Virus record (IMG/VR): IMGVR_UViG_3300042890_001842
Location: 48,012-112,011 of that record
Reading direction: 5' to 3' (one strand)
Source: a virus
DNA: 64,000 bases
Numbering within the stretch: the stretch's first letter is position 1; each line of letters opens with the position of its first letter. A model generated the notes under the pieces. It had not been told where the DNA came from. It saw only the letters and a program-made list of their open reading frames with translations, and ran no database searches. The translations under genes and the position numbers were made by a program. Of the stretch, positions 50,639 through 59,126 are shown in pieces.

Positions 50639-50813
50639 AGATCTATTGATGAAAATTGCCATGGTTATACCCTGTGCACATATTCCAAGAGATCTAATAG
50701 CTGATCGAACAATTAAGGGATTTGTCGAGTATTTAGATGAATCTTTATCTAAGGGCAAAAATTTAAATGATGTCCTTTTTGAAATAACTTCCGATGGAAA
50801 ATATAGTGTCTGA
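50619..50813 (+). CDS. Hypothetical protein
   Basis: 64 aa; overlaps both neighbours in an operon. Confidence 0.55.
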   Translation: MESTYNRDLLMKIAMVIPCAHIPRDLIADRTIKGFVEYLDESLSKGKNLNDVLFEITSDGKYSV

Positions 50814-51012
50814 AGAAAGCGTTGAAAGTGCTATAGAAGATAACCTGCCAATGGTTAACTACATAATGTTGCATAGAATATATGACATATTATTCCTTAT
50901 GGCAAAGCAAACTGTATCTAGCCAAGAGTTAGAAAAAATGATAGAATATCATAAAGAGGGATTTCTACTGGGCCCCTCCCCAGCATTTAGAGCAAAGGAA
51001 GAAAATGAGTAA
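50794..51012 (+). CDS. Hypothetical protein
   Basis: 72 aa; operonic. Confidence 0.65.
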   Translation: MENIVSEESVESAIEDNLPMVNYIMLHRIYDILFLMAKQTVSSQELEKMIEYHKEGFLLGPSPAFRAKEENE

Positions 51013-51190
51013 AGAAGAAGTTGTAAAGATGATGCTTGAGTCATTCTTAAGTGATAATAGAATGATGGCTCAAGGTTCTGGTATGCCTGAAGATGAACTT
51101 GAAAAGATGGAAGAAAAAAGCAGACCTTCAATCGAATACATGCTTGGAAACGTATACGACCTATTAGTTACAAAGCAGCTTATTAACTAA
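51005..51190 (+). CDS. Hypothetical protein
   Basis: 61 aa; AAGGA SD. Confidence 0.65.
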   Translation: MSKEEVVKMMLESFLSDNRMMAQGSGMPEDELEKMEEKSRPSIEYMLGNVYDLLVTKQLIN

Positions 51191-51200
51191 TCAAATAGTA

Positions 51201-51229
51201 TTGACTTTGAATTTTCTCTGTTTTATACT
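51201..51229 (+). promoter_or_regulatory. Housekeeping-sigma promoter
   Basis: TTGACT-17 bp-TATACT. Confidence 0.75.
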
Positions 51230-51234
51230 AATTT

Positions 51235-51333
51235 GGTATGGGTTGTAGCATCCCACCATTTGTTCCCCATACTTAACGCTTCGGCGTAGCAAATCCCAAT
51301 CGGATCCGCCTCTGGTTGGGATTTGTACTTTTT
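51235..51333 (+). ncRNA. Candidate ~100-nt structured small RNA
   Basis: Own promoter; three hairpins (8-bp outer stem, cUUCGg tetraloop, 15-bp stem followed by a U-run); no credible ORF. Confidence 0.6.
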
Positions 51334-51350
51334 AGCGGTATAATAATAGT

Positions 51351-51635
51351 ATGTTCAGAACTAAACTTGTGACCTTAAATAATACTCCTCAAGAGCTTAG
51401 CTTTTCAGATGTAGTAGATTCACACTATACAATAATTATGACAAATACTAGTTCTAATAAGCATGCGCTAGTTGGAGATATAAATGTCTCTATAACAAAT
51501 TATGGTCTGAGGGTAGAGCACGATGGCCCACCAATAATTTTAGAAAATATAAATTTTAAAGATCGATTCTACGGTATATCAGAAGACCCAAATACTACAA
51601 CATCTGTTGCAGTAACTGTTATTGAAAGAAACTAA
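51351..51635 (+). CDS. Hypothetical beta-rich protein, leaderless
   Basis: TATAAT-N6-ATG. Confidence 0.65.
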   Translation: MFRTKLVTLNNTPQELSFSDVVDSHYTIIMTNTSSNKHALVGDINVSITNYGLRVEHDGPPIILENINFKDRFYGISEDPNTTTSVAVTVIERN

Positions 51636-51636
51636 G

Positions 51637-51709
51637 TCTCTTCGGCAGGAGTCGAACCTGCGACCAGTCGGGTAGAAACCGAATGCTCTGTCCTCTGAGC
51701 TACGAAGAG
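51637..51709 (-). tRNA. tRNA-Arg (UCU)
   Basis: Acceptor CTCTTCG/CGAAGAG, anticodon loop TTTCTAC, T-arm GCAGG-TTCGACT-CCTGC; CCA not encoded. Confidence 0.88.
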
Positions 51710-51713
51710 TTTG

Positions 51714-51786
51714 CTGGACCACTAGGATTCGAACCTAGGACCTAGAAGTTAACAGCTTCCCGCTCTGCCTGCTGAGCTATGGTCCA
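51714..51786 (-). tRNA. tRNA-Asn (GUU)
   Basis: Acceptor TGGACCA/TGGTCCA, anticodon loop CTGTTAA, T-arm CTAGG-TTCGAAT-CCTAG; CCA not encoded. Confidence 0.92.
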
Positions 51787-51861
51787 ATAAATATATTATA
51801 CTAAATAAAGCAGTATTTGTGAATACTGGATTGTTAAAATTATATTTGATACAATGTATAC

Positions 51862-52515
51862 ATGACATTCTTAAAGCAAGAGCTAATTGATGCTGGTTTC
51901 GATCCAAAAGAACCAGTTGAGGGAATTCTTATTGTAGAAAACTTTATAACAAGTTCAGAGTTGTCAGAGTTTTGGGATATCATTAACAGCACCCCTGAAG
52001 AACAATGGTTTGTTCACTACAGAGATCATCTAGCAAAATTTTGCATGGAAAAGTTTGGAAGAGATGATGTTGAAAATCTTGTAGCCGAAGGCAAGTATGA
52101 GATAACACGAGGCTGGGATGACAAGAATCTTTTAGTTATAAGCTATCCAGTTTCACAAAAAGTTACAACTAGACTTACAGATTTAATTGCTAAATCAGAT
52201 CCCAACCTTCATTTATCTTTTGGCATCTTTCAAAGAATGCAAAAAGGTGTAGAGCTTAAAGCTCACACTGATCAGCACACGGATCCAAGCATTAAATATG
52301 CAGCAGTTCTTTATCTAAATGAAGACTACACAGACGGAGAAATTTTTTGGCCTAACAAGGATTTTGAAATAAAACCTAAAACTGGATCACTTATAATGTT
52401 TCCTGGAACAGATGAGTTTAACCACGGAGTTAAGCATGTTGGAGATGGGCCAATAAGATATGTTATGCCAGGATTTATTAAGGTTGCAGATTTTTACGAA
52501 AAAAATAAATATTGA
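51862..52515 (+). CDS. Prolyl-4-hydroxylase-like 2OG-Fe(II) oxygenase (sixth copy)
   Basis: HTD...YLNEDY.DGEI...HGV...R; leaderless-type promoter. Confidence 0.87.
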   Translation: MTFLKQELIDAGFDPKEPVEGILIVENFITSSELSEFWDIINSTPEEQWFVHYRDHLAKFCMEKFGRDDVENLVAEGKYEITRGWDDKNLLVISYPVSQKVTTRLTDLIAKSDPNLHLSFGIFQRMQKGVELKAHTDQHTDPSIKYAAVLYLNEDYTDGEIFWPNKDFEIKPKTGSLIMFPGTDEFNHGVKHVGDGPIRYVMPGFIKVADFYEKNKY

Positions 52516-53675
52516 TGAACATCTCTTGCGAAAGCATAGAGTATATCCCATTTAGCCTAGAAGTAGAATGTCATTATAAAAAAACACACTCTGTAGAAAT
52601 TATTAAATTCAAGAACTTAAAAATTGATAACGGTGGAGGTCTCACAGTAGTTGAAGGAAAGTCTTATCCTTTTTTATTAGGCTACTACAATCAGTTTCAT
52701 ACCATACCAGATCTATGTGGACAGTTTGAAGCACTTAACACTTTTGATAGCGACATACTTCCATTCTTTATTTCTGAAGGACAAAGAGGAAGTCTTATAA
52801 TTAAAGACCACAGCATTCAAGAATTTATTCCGTATGTATATTCAAATCATTACCCTATAACACAAACCGAATGTTTTAACATTTTGTCTTCAAGTGTTAT
52901 GTTTAAAGAAGCATACGTTATTGTAGACTTGCATAAGATGATTCCAGAAGAAGTTTACATAAATGCAAAGTCAAGCCTACCAGAATGGTACAAAGATTCA
53001 GAAAAACAAAAATGGGAAGCTAACTCTGCTTGTTTAAAAATTCAACCTCTTGTAAAACAAGAAAGTTTAAAAAATGATAAAAGATACCAAACTCAGATAT
53101 TATCTGATTACAGCTATAATTATGATTACTTTATAAGATATGGAATTGAAAAGTTTAAAGAAAAAGTTTTATCTTGTTTAAATAGAAAAGAAAATAAATC
53201 TAAAGGTGTTTATATATCTAGGACAAAAACTACTAAGGCGTATTTTGAGAACCTAAAAAATGCAACTGATCCTGAAGACATTGAGGCAAGACATAAAACT
53301 TTTATTAATAGAAGTTACCATAAAGAAGAATTTTTTGAAAACCATTTTAAAGACATTGGATATGAAGTTGTTTACATGGAAGAGCTAGACTACATAAATC
53401 AACTAGAGATACTGCTAAATACTAAAAACGTAGTTGCATTACATGGTTCTGGTTTAGTGAATACCTTTGTCTGTGATAAAGATACAAATGTTTACGAGAT
53501 CATGCTTCCAGTTGCACAAGATGGATGGTGGCAAAACTTTTTCTTTTTATTTAGTCCTATTGCAGGCTGTATGGATGATAAAACTTTGCCTTTATCTTGT
53601 ATTGAAGATAGAAAATGGAAACAGATATATGAAGAAAAAAATGCAATGAATATTAATAGCTGGCTTACAGACTAA
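52512..53675 (+). CDS. GT61 / DUF563-like glycosyltransferase
   Basis: YISR...GYEVVYMEELDYINQ...HGSGLVN. Confidence 0.75.
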   Translation: MMNISCESIEYIPFSLEVECHYKKTHSVEIIKFKNLKIDNGGGLTVVEGKSYPFLLGYYNQFHTIPDLCGQFEALNTFDSDILPFFISEGQRGSLIIKDHSIQEFIPYVYSNHYPITQTECFNILSSSVMFKEAYVIVDLHKMIPEEVYINAKSSLPEWYKDSEKQKWEANSACLKIQPLVKQESLKNDKRYQTQILSDYSYNYDYFIRYGIEKFKEKVLSCLNRKENKSKGVYISRTKTTKAYFENLKNATDPEDIEARHKTFINRSYHKEEFFENHFKDIGYEVVYMEELDYINQLEILLNTKNVVALHGSGLVNTFVCDKDTNVYEIMLPVAQDGWWQNFFFLFSPIAGCMDDKTLPLSCIEDRKWKQIYEEKNAMNINSWLTD

Positions 53676-53953
53676 GAGGTTTTATTTATTTTTCTTAAGT
53701 GAGTCCTAATTCGGTGACAATTAGAGCAGACTACTTCACACTTTGCTATCTCTTCGTCTACTTTAGACTTAGATAAGGTTGGAACAATCTCCATAACATT
53801 TTTATGTTTTTTGCCACGAACATGATCAAAGTCCATAACATAATAAGGGTACTGTATCTTACAGTCAGCGCAAGGATGTTTTTCCTTATATTCTCTTATG
53901 TACTTATACAAAGAGGCTTTCTGTTTAGCGATTGAGACTTTTTCAGTCTTCAT
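53672..53953 (-). CDS. Small HNH endonuclease
   Basis: CADC...DFDH...C..VCSNCH. Confidence 0.85.
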   Translation of the reverse strand: MKTEKVSIAKQKASLYKYIREYKEKHPCADCKIQYPYYVMDFDHVRGKKHKNVMEIVPTLSKSKVDEEIAKCEVVCSNCHRIRTHLRKINKTS

Positions 53954-53981
53954 ATAGCTAAATTATATCAAATGTTTTTTA

Positions 53982-54647
53982 TCAAATGCTTTTTAAAACT
54001 TTTTTGTAAGCTTTTAAAGCTGGGTCAATTTCTTTTTTAGATTCTTTAACCAAAGCAGAAAATGTATTTCTAAAAGGATCCTTCTTCTCTGGCATAAAAC
54101 TTACTTCTACAGGACCCCTTGTTTCAGAAGATAGTTGACCAGAACCAATCATCTGTTGTTTAACTAATAGAATAAGGTCTTCATTTGAAATCTTAGATAT
54201 ATTATTTCTATATATATTAAATTTATTAATAATTCTTTCGCACACCTCAGATGGATTTTCTATCATCTCATTAAAATCTATTGCGATAAAATTTTCAGAA
54301 CCGTTCATTTTTTCAATTGCAGTTGTAAATTCTAAATACAAATTAGAATAATATGCTATATCGCTTTGTCTAAATTCTTGCATTCCAATATGCCTATATT
54401 TTGTATACAATAAAGAAGTTATTGCGTCATACGGATCTCTCAATATTGAGATCGTTTTAATTGATGGATTTTCAACTATATGTGAAATAGACGCAGTATG
54501 TAGTTGACAGTATCTATCAATATAGTCTTCATCTTCTGCAACAAATGTAAATTGACCATGGTACTTATCTAGTGCGGAGTGCAAAAAAGTAGAACCAGAT
54601 CTAGGAAAACTATTTATTAGTGCATATTGTGATTTTGAAGGTATCAT
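53982..54647 (-). CDS. Sulfotransferase-like P-loop protein
   Basis: FPRSGSTFL and LRDPYDAITS PAPS-binding-type motifs; start chosen at MIPSK. Confidence 0.75.
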   Translation of the reverse strand: MIPSKSQYALINSFPRSGSTFLHSALDKYHGQFTFVAEDEDYIDRYCQLHTASISHIVENPSIKTISILRDPYDAITSLLYTKYRHIGMQEFRQSDIAYYSNLYLEFTTAIEKMNGSENFIAIDFNEMIENPSEVCERIINKFNIYRNNISKISNEDLILLVKQQMIGSGQLSSETRGPVEVSFMPEKKDPFRNTFSALVKESKKEIDPALKAYKKVLKSI

Positions 54648-54685
54648 AGTACTAACATTATACCATAATATGCTATAATTCTTAA

Positions 54686-55993
54686 ATGTCATTTGATCAA
54701 AAGCCTTTTCATAAAGAAAAGCATTTTGTCGTAACTTTTGCAGGTAAAGTTTTATTTATTACAAAAAATTATGAAAAAATTGAACAGTACTTTGCCTCCC
54801 CTAATACTTGCCCACATCATCAAAACGATATAGTCCCAAATATACATAATGATTGTTGGGAACAGTATGAAAAAGTGCAGTATAAGCATGTAAAAATATT
54901 GTCTAATGATGTAAAGTATTTTTTGAGTCAGCCAGCTAATTTCCTAATATCACAATTTGGACATATCTGGCATCAATATTACTATAGGCTATTTAATGTG
55001 CTGTTTCATATAAAAGACAAGGGCTTAAAAAATTCAAGCATTTTTTTGCTTGGCTCTCACATAGATGGAAATTTTACTCCGCAAAATCCATACTATAAAA
55101 ATTTTACAGAAGGCCTTATGAATGATTTTGGCATCAAAGATTATTATTTTAATGACGAACCAACAATATATGAGGTTGATAATTTTTGGGCAACCAACGG
55201 AGACTATGGTTACGATATAAAAAGAATAAATGAATATTTGTTTAAAGGAACCGTAGAACCATGGAGAAAAGTTTACGCAACTAAAAGCTTGTGGTTTGGC
55301 AAATGGAAGACCCCAAGATACTTGCTTAGAAGTACAAATACCCCTATAGTCTCTTTGCATATGCCTAGAGAGGTCATGTACTCAGATAAAGGATACGACA
55401 GTATATTTGAGGCCTTGATTGAGCAAGATGTATTAACTAAAAGAATCTATAACGAAAACGAGCTAGAAGAATTCTTACAGTCATATGGTTTTGAGTGTAT
55501 AGACCCAGCATTTCAATTTCATAAAGAAGAATGTATAGAGTATACTCTTCTACATAATGATAATTTAGCACACAAGAGGGTCAAGTGCGTCGGCGGGTGC
55601 TCAATAGAAGAGAACATTAAATATTTTAGTGAAGTTAAGACATTAGTATCAATATCCAGCAGTGCCTTGCAGAATATGATATTTATGGATCCACATAAGT
55701 CCAATATAATAGAACTTGAAACCAAATTCTCACAAGTAAATGGTCTGGATGTAAACCAAAAATTTATGGATATTGGAGCAGATCTAGAGTCTGGTGCTAT
55801 AAGCCCAGATACCTTCTCAGAGGCCTGTAACCAGGTTTTAAGAAACTTTGGGGAGTATCACCCATGGCATCCAGCAATGGCTCATGAGCTGGGCATAGGA
55901 TACAGTCAGATACAAAATATTGATTTAAATAGCCGAACCCTAATTAATAAAATAAAGCGGGATCCGAAGGTACTAGACATAATCTCCCAATAG
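54686..55993 (+). CDS. GT61 / DUF563-like glycosyltransferase
   Basis: FGH, RIYNE.ELE..L..YGF and SSALQNMIFM motifs. Confidence 0.65.
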   Translation: MSFDQKPFHKEKHFVVTFAGKVLFITKNYEKIEQYFASPNTCPHHQNDIVPNIHNDCWEQYEKVQYKHVKILSNDVKYFLSQPANFLISQFGHIWHQYYYRLFNVLFHIKDKGLKNSSIFLLGSHIDGNFTPQNPYYKNFTEGLMNDFGIKDYYFNDEPTIYEVDNFWATNGDYGYDIKRINEYLFKGTVEPWRKVYATKSLWFGKWKTPRYLLRSTNTPIVSLHMPREVMYSDKGYDSIFEALIEQDVLTKRIYNENELEEFLQSYGFECIDPAFQFHKEECIEYTLLHNDNLAHKRVKCVGGCSIEENIKYFSEVKTLVSISSSALQNMIFMDPHKSNIIELETKFSQVNGLDVNQKFMDIGADLESGAISPDTFSEACNQVLRNFGEYHPWHPAMAHELGIGYSQIQNIDLNSRTLINKIKRDPKVLDIISQ

Positions 55994-55995
55994 AT

Positions 55996-57069
55996 CTATA
56001 TAAGCTTAATATGTAGAGTTTTTAACTGGTTAAATGCCCCCATAAATAGCTGATCCTTAGACTGCCCATAAATTATTTCATTATTCTTTGCATAGTGTCT
56101 AATGATATAGTCGAAAGCAAAGAAATGGAAAGTATATGGGTTAAAGTAGATGAATCTACTTTTATCCCCGCCCCACATTGAATGAATAGCATTACTACTA
56201 GGTACTGTAAGTATTTCCTCAGCATTTCTTGCATGAAGAACCTGTTGTTTAAATGTCAGTTCCCATGGATTAATTACTGTAAATCCATTTGATACAGCAT
56301 ACTCTAAAATTGTATCGTAATCTTCCTGCTTTAAGTATGTTTTAAGATGTGGTTGATCATATCCATGTTTAACCTCTGGAATATTTAAAAATATTTTTTT
56401 AGGATATATATTATCATCTTGAGTAATATTCTGGTCAACTGCTTTTTTAATGTAATCCAATATCTTTAATGTAAATCCAATAGCTGAGATACCTGTTGTA
56501 TTTCTAGCTGTATCAGGATCACGAGGAAGTTCTTCCTGCCGATTTCCTGTAATAGCGTGAGCAAGAAAATCATTCTGATCTGGATTAAAAAAGTACAAGT
56601 TATCAAAACTTAATTCATTACACTTAGATGCAGCTATAATATTACTAATGTCGACATTTAATATCTCAGCAATCTCTTTTGTAATCATAGAAGTCTCATC
56701 AGTAGATATTTCAGTCAACTGCAATATTGGTATAATGTTTAGATCTGGGATTATCTCTTTCATATAGAGAGCTTGTCCATATGCATCTGCTAGTATGTGA
56801 AATATATTGTGATGTGCTAGCCATAGTATATATGAGTTCCCAGAAAAATGTATTTTCTTATCTTCCCCGCCTGATTTTTGATTTACAAACTTGATATCCT
56901 TCAGATGAAATATATCATGCTGATAAGTTTTGTTATCTGTAGTGTAATAATCTTTTCTTGTTATCGTTGAGTTCTCTTTTAGATCTGGATAGCCTTTTAA
57001 CTTATTGTGTTCTATCCACCCGCCATTTTTTAAATAGTGTAGCTTGTAATCTAATTTGAAATCCAGCAT
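55996..57069 (-). CDS. Divergent GT61 / DUF563-like glycosyltransferase
   Basis: NIFHILAD and GF.VINP.ELTFKQQV...NAE motifs. Confidence 0.6.
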   Translation of the reverse strand: MLDFKLDYKLHYLKNGGWIEHNKLKGYPDLKENSTITRKDYYTTDNKTYQHDIFHLKDIKFVNQKSGGEDKKIHFSGNSYILWLAHHNIFHILADAYGQALYMKEIIPDLNIIPILQLTEISTDETSMITKEIAEILNVDISNIIAASKCNELSFDNLYFFNPDQNDFLAHAITGNRQEELPRDPDTARNTTGISAIGFTLKILDYIKKAVDQNITQDDNIYPKKIFLNIPEVKHGYDQPHLKTYLKQEDYDTILEYAVSNGFTVINPWELTFKQQVLHARNAEEILTVPSSNAIHSMWGGDKSRFIYFNPYTFHFFAFDYIIRHYAKNNEIIYGQSKDQLFMGAFNQLKTLHIKLI

Positions 57070-57271
57070 TTCTAAAGTATAGCATATTCAGTTTTTAGTC
57101 GACTAGTATTTAGGATTTATAAAAATGTTAATAAATTTTTATTTTGTATGATACAGGATATTTAAATGTCCGATTTATCTATTTAGTGCGCCCATATGTG
57201 TCCTATCTCACACAATTAACCTGTGATTTAACTCACAATGTCCGAATTGTACTAACTTTCGAATTGCTATT

Positions 57272-57293
57272 TGTCAGACCCCCCCTGTATAGT
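57272..57293 (+). promoter_or_regulatory. PafBC / RecA-independent-type promoter 1
   Basis: TGTCAG-N10-TATAGT. Confidence 0.8.
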
Positions 57294-57332
57294 TATTACT
57301 ATAAAGATAAACAATGAAAGGTAGGTCAATAA

Positions 57333-57530
57333 ATGACTACACTAACTACTACACAGGTATTCGATTACCTAGATGCTAAAGGCATCTGCGCTATGGATAA
57401 CATCTGCGTATTCTGCTCAATCCGTATGGATGGATGGGATAGGACATGCCGTAGATGCCGTGAGCATAAGGGCGTTATGTCCGTCACGGATGCCGTTCAA
57501 CAGTACGGAATAGACATCCTAGGCATGTGA
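57333..57530 (+). CDS. Small zinc-finger protein
   Basis: CVFC...CRRC; SD present. Confidence 0.7.
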   Translation: MTTLTTTQVFDYLDAKGICAMDNICVFCSIRMDGWDRTCRRCREHKGVMSVTDAVQQYGIDILGM

Positions 57531-57569
57531 TGTAAACCACACGCTTCCGACAGCGTGTCGTCTTGATAA

Positions 57570-57591
57570 TGTCGGCGCCCCATGATAGTAT
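57570..57591 (+). promoter_or_regulatory. PafBC-type promoter 2
   Basis: TGTCGG-N10-TAGTAT. Confidence 0.8.
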
Positions 57592-57624
57592 TCCATTATT
57601 AGAAACTAACGAAAGGACATAACA

Positions 57625-57825
57625 ATGTCAGCTAATGTATACTCAATTCAATCTATCCTAATCGGCAAGGCTTATCGTAGCCGTTCAATTCAAGGTATCA
57701 TAGAGGACGCTGAGCCTCGCCCTAATGTCTACTACGCAGACGCTGAGGCGTATGCCGTCCGTGTCCGTCCTACTAATGGCGGGCGTGATGAATGGCGCAC
57801 CTTAGCGGTAGCCGATGTGAGGTAA
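57625..57825 (+). CDS. Small beta-barrel-like protein; paralog of 60120-60329
   Basis: MSANVY.I.S.L.GK.YRS.S..G.I.DAE shared. Confidence 0.75.
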   Translation: MSANVYSIQSILIGKAYRSRSIQGIIEDAEPRPNVYYADAEAYAVRVRPTNGGRDEWRTLAVADVR

Positions 57826-57859
57826 CTCACATACACGCTACGGCGTGTCGTCTTGATAA

Positions 57860-57881
57860 TGTCGGTCAAGTCTGATAGTCT
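57860..57881 (+). promoter_or_regulatory. PafBC-type promoter 3
   Basis: TGTCGG-N10-TAGTCT. Confidence 0.8.
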
Positions 57882-57957
57882 TACAGACATAACAATTAAA
57901 TAAGGGTATGAGCCTAGCAAATAAGACCCTGTAACTACTAACGAAAGAAGAAAACTA

Positions 57958-58074
57958 ATGAACCTAGACGAATTCAAGGCGCATGTCCTAGCGACACGCC
58001 AAGCAAGCAAAAGCGAGGCTTTGTCAGCCCTATCCGCTACAATTACAACAACAACAACGAAAGAAGGTAAATAA
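57958..58074 (+). CDS. 38-aa peptide overlapping promoter 4 (not in ORF track)
   Basis: ACGAAAG leader; MNLDEFKAHVLATRQASKSEALSALSATITTTTTKEGK; stop abuts the next ATG. Confidence 0.55.
   Translation: MNLDEFKAHVLATRQASKSEALSALSATITTTTTKEGK
58022..58043 (+). promoter_or_regulatory. PafBC-type promoter 4
   Basis: TGTCAG-N10-TACAAT. Confidence 0.78.
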
Positions 58075-58260
58075 ATGACTAAATGGGATACTATTCAAGC
58101 AGACATAGCAGATGCTTACACACACTTTGATGAGGAAGATGCTTACAATCAAATGCTAGATGATGAAGAAGATACTTTTGGTTTTATCAAGGCTATCAAC
58201 ATAGACCACCTAACAGATGAACAATTAGATGAAGTATTCGACATGTTTGGAGATAAATAA
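58075..58260 (+). CDS. Highly acidic small protein
   Basis: 19 D/E in 61 aa; GAAGG SD. Confidence 0.7.
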   Translation: MTKWDTIQADIADAYTHFDEEDAYNQMLDDEEDTFGFIKAINIDHLTDEQLDEVFDMFGDK

Positions 58261-58416
58261 ATGAAGATAACATACTCACTTTGGCAAGGTACTCAATTAC
58301 TAAGCACAAATAATAAGGCAGATAAGCCAGAAGAGATTCTGGCGATAATGAAAGAATTAGAAAAACTAGGTAATGGGTTTTCATTTATCGTTAGAGAAGT
58401 AGAGATAAACAAATAA
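58261..58416 (+). CDS. 51-aa hypothetical protein (not in ORF track)
   Basis: GGAG SD; MKITYSLWQG... Confidence 0.6.
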   Translation: MKITYSLWQGTQLLSTNNKADKPEEILAIMKELEKLGNGFSFIVREVEINK

Positions 58417-58556
58417 TGACACTAAGAATAAATGACTATGGCTTAGAGTTTGATACCTATGTTTGCTACATAGCGTTATCGTGGCAGGTACTTATTCCCG
58501 CTACCATTGCCCTAATTGCTTACAAGATTTACAAGAGAAAGAAGATAACTAAATGA
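58416..58556 (+). CDS. 46-aa single-TM peptide (not in ORF track)
   Basis: TAATG coupling; hydrophobic stretch then KIYKRKK. Confidence 0.55.
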   Translation: MTLRINDYGLEFDTYVCYIALSWQVLIPATIALIAYKIYKRKKITK

Positions 58557-58681
58557 CTATGAATAGACTACTAACTAGCCTAGTCCAATTGGCTATCGCT
58601 ATTCCCGCCCTGTATCTAGGGCGTATGGCGTGGCACATGTTCAAGGAAGATGTGAGAGAACTCACAAAAGATTTTCGCTAA
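58553..58681 (+). CDS. 42-aa single-TM peptide (not in ORF track)
   Basis: ATGA coupling; LLTSLVQLAIAIPALYLG. Confidence 0.55.
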   Translation: MTMNRLLTSLVQLAIAIPALYLGRMAWHMFKEDVRELTKDFR

Positions 58682-58794
58682 TCTACGGCGTGTCGGCTTG
58701 ACAAAGTCAAGCTGGCCCGCAAAGGAGTGGGGGCCCCAATGTGTTTAAGATCACATTAAAAAATCCCCTGAATTTTCGGCGTGTCGTAGAAATT

Positions 58795-58816
58795 TGTCAG
58801 TCTGTTATGGTAGTAT
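58795..58816 (+). promoter_or_regulatory. PafBC-type promoter 5
   Basis: TGTCAG-N10-TAGTAT. Confidence 0.8.
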
Positions 58817-58845
58817 TCCAATATCTACTAACGAAAGGTCTACTC

Positions 58846-58938
58846 ATGAACAAATGTTCTTCATGCGGTCAAGACACTACTCAGTTTATTACTGATGATG
58901 GTGAATACTACTATCCAATGTGCGGGGAGTGCTACTAA
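58846..58938 (+). CDS. 30-aa micro zinc finger
   Basis: ACGAAAGG leader; CSSC...CGEC. Confidence 0.6.
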   Translation: MNKCSSCGQDTTQFITDDGEYYYPMCGECY

Positions 58939-59126
58939 TGACTAAAATTTTCTGCGGTAATCGTAACTGTACCGAATTTATTCTTGATGATGCTACTTAT
59001 GACTATCAGTCTTGGGTCTGTAATGAATGCTACGATAAATCAGAAATGGAATTTTTTGGCTGGCGTGATATTGATTCCGACCATATGAATACACGCATGG
59101 CGGATGCAGAAATGGGGGATTTATAA
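58938..59126 (+). CDS. Small zinc-finger / acidic protein
   Basis: TAATG coupling; CGNRNC...CNEC. Confidence 0.6.
   Translation: MTKIFCGNRNCTEFILDDATYDYQSWVCNECYDKSEMEFFGWRDIDSDHMNTRMADAEMGDL

Noticed and set aside
51251-51260. sRNA loop TCCCACCATT is identical to a stretch of the PF-repeat mRNA
   Set aside because: Only 10 nt and the same sense, so no antisense pairing; probably chance.
53672-53953. HNH gene as part of an intron or mobile element
   Set aside because: Free-standing 93-aa gene with its own promoter; no interrupted gene or flanking repeats.
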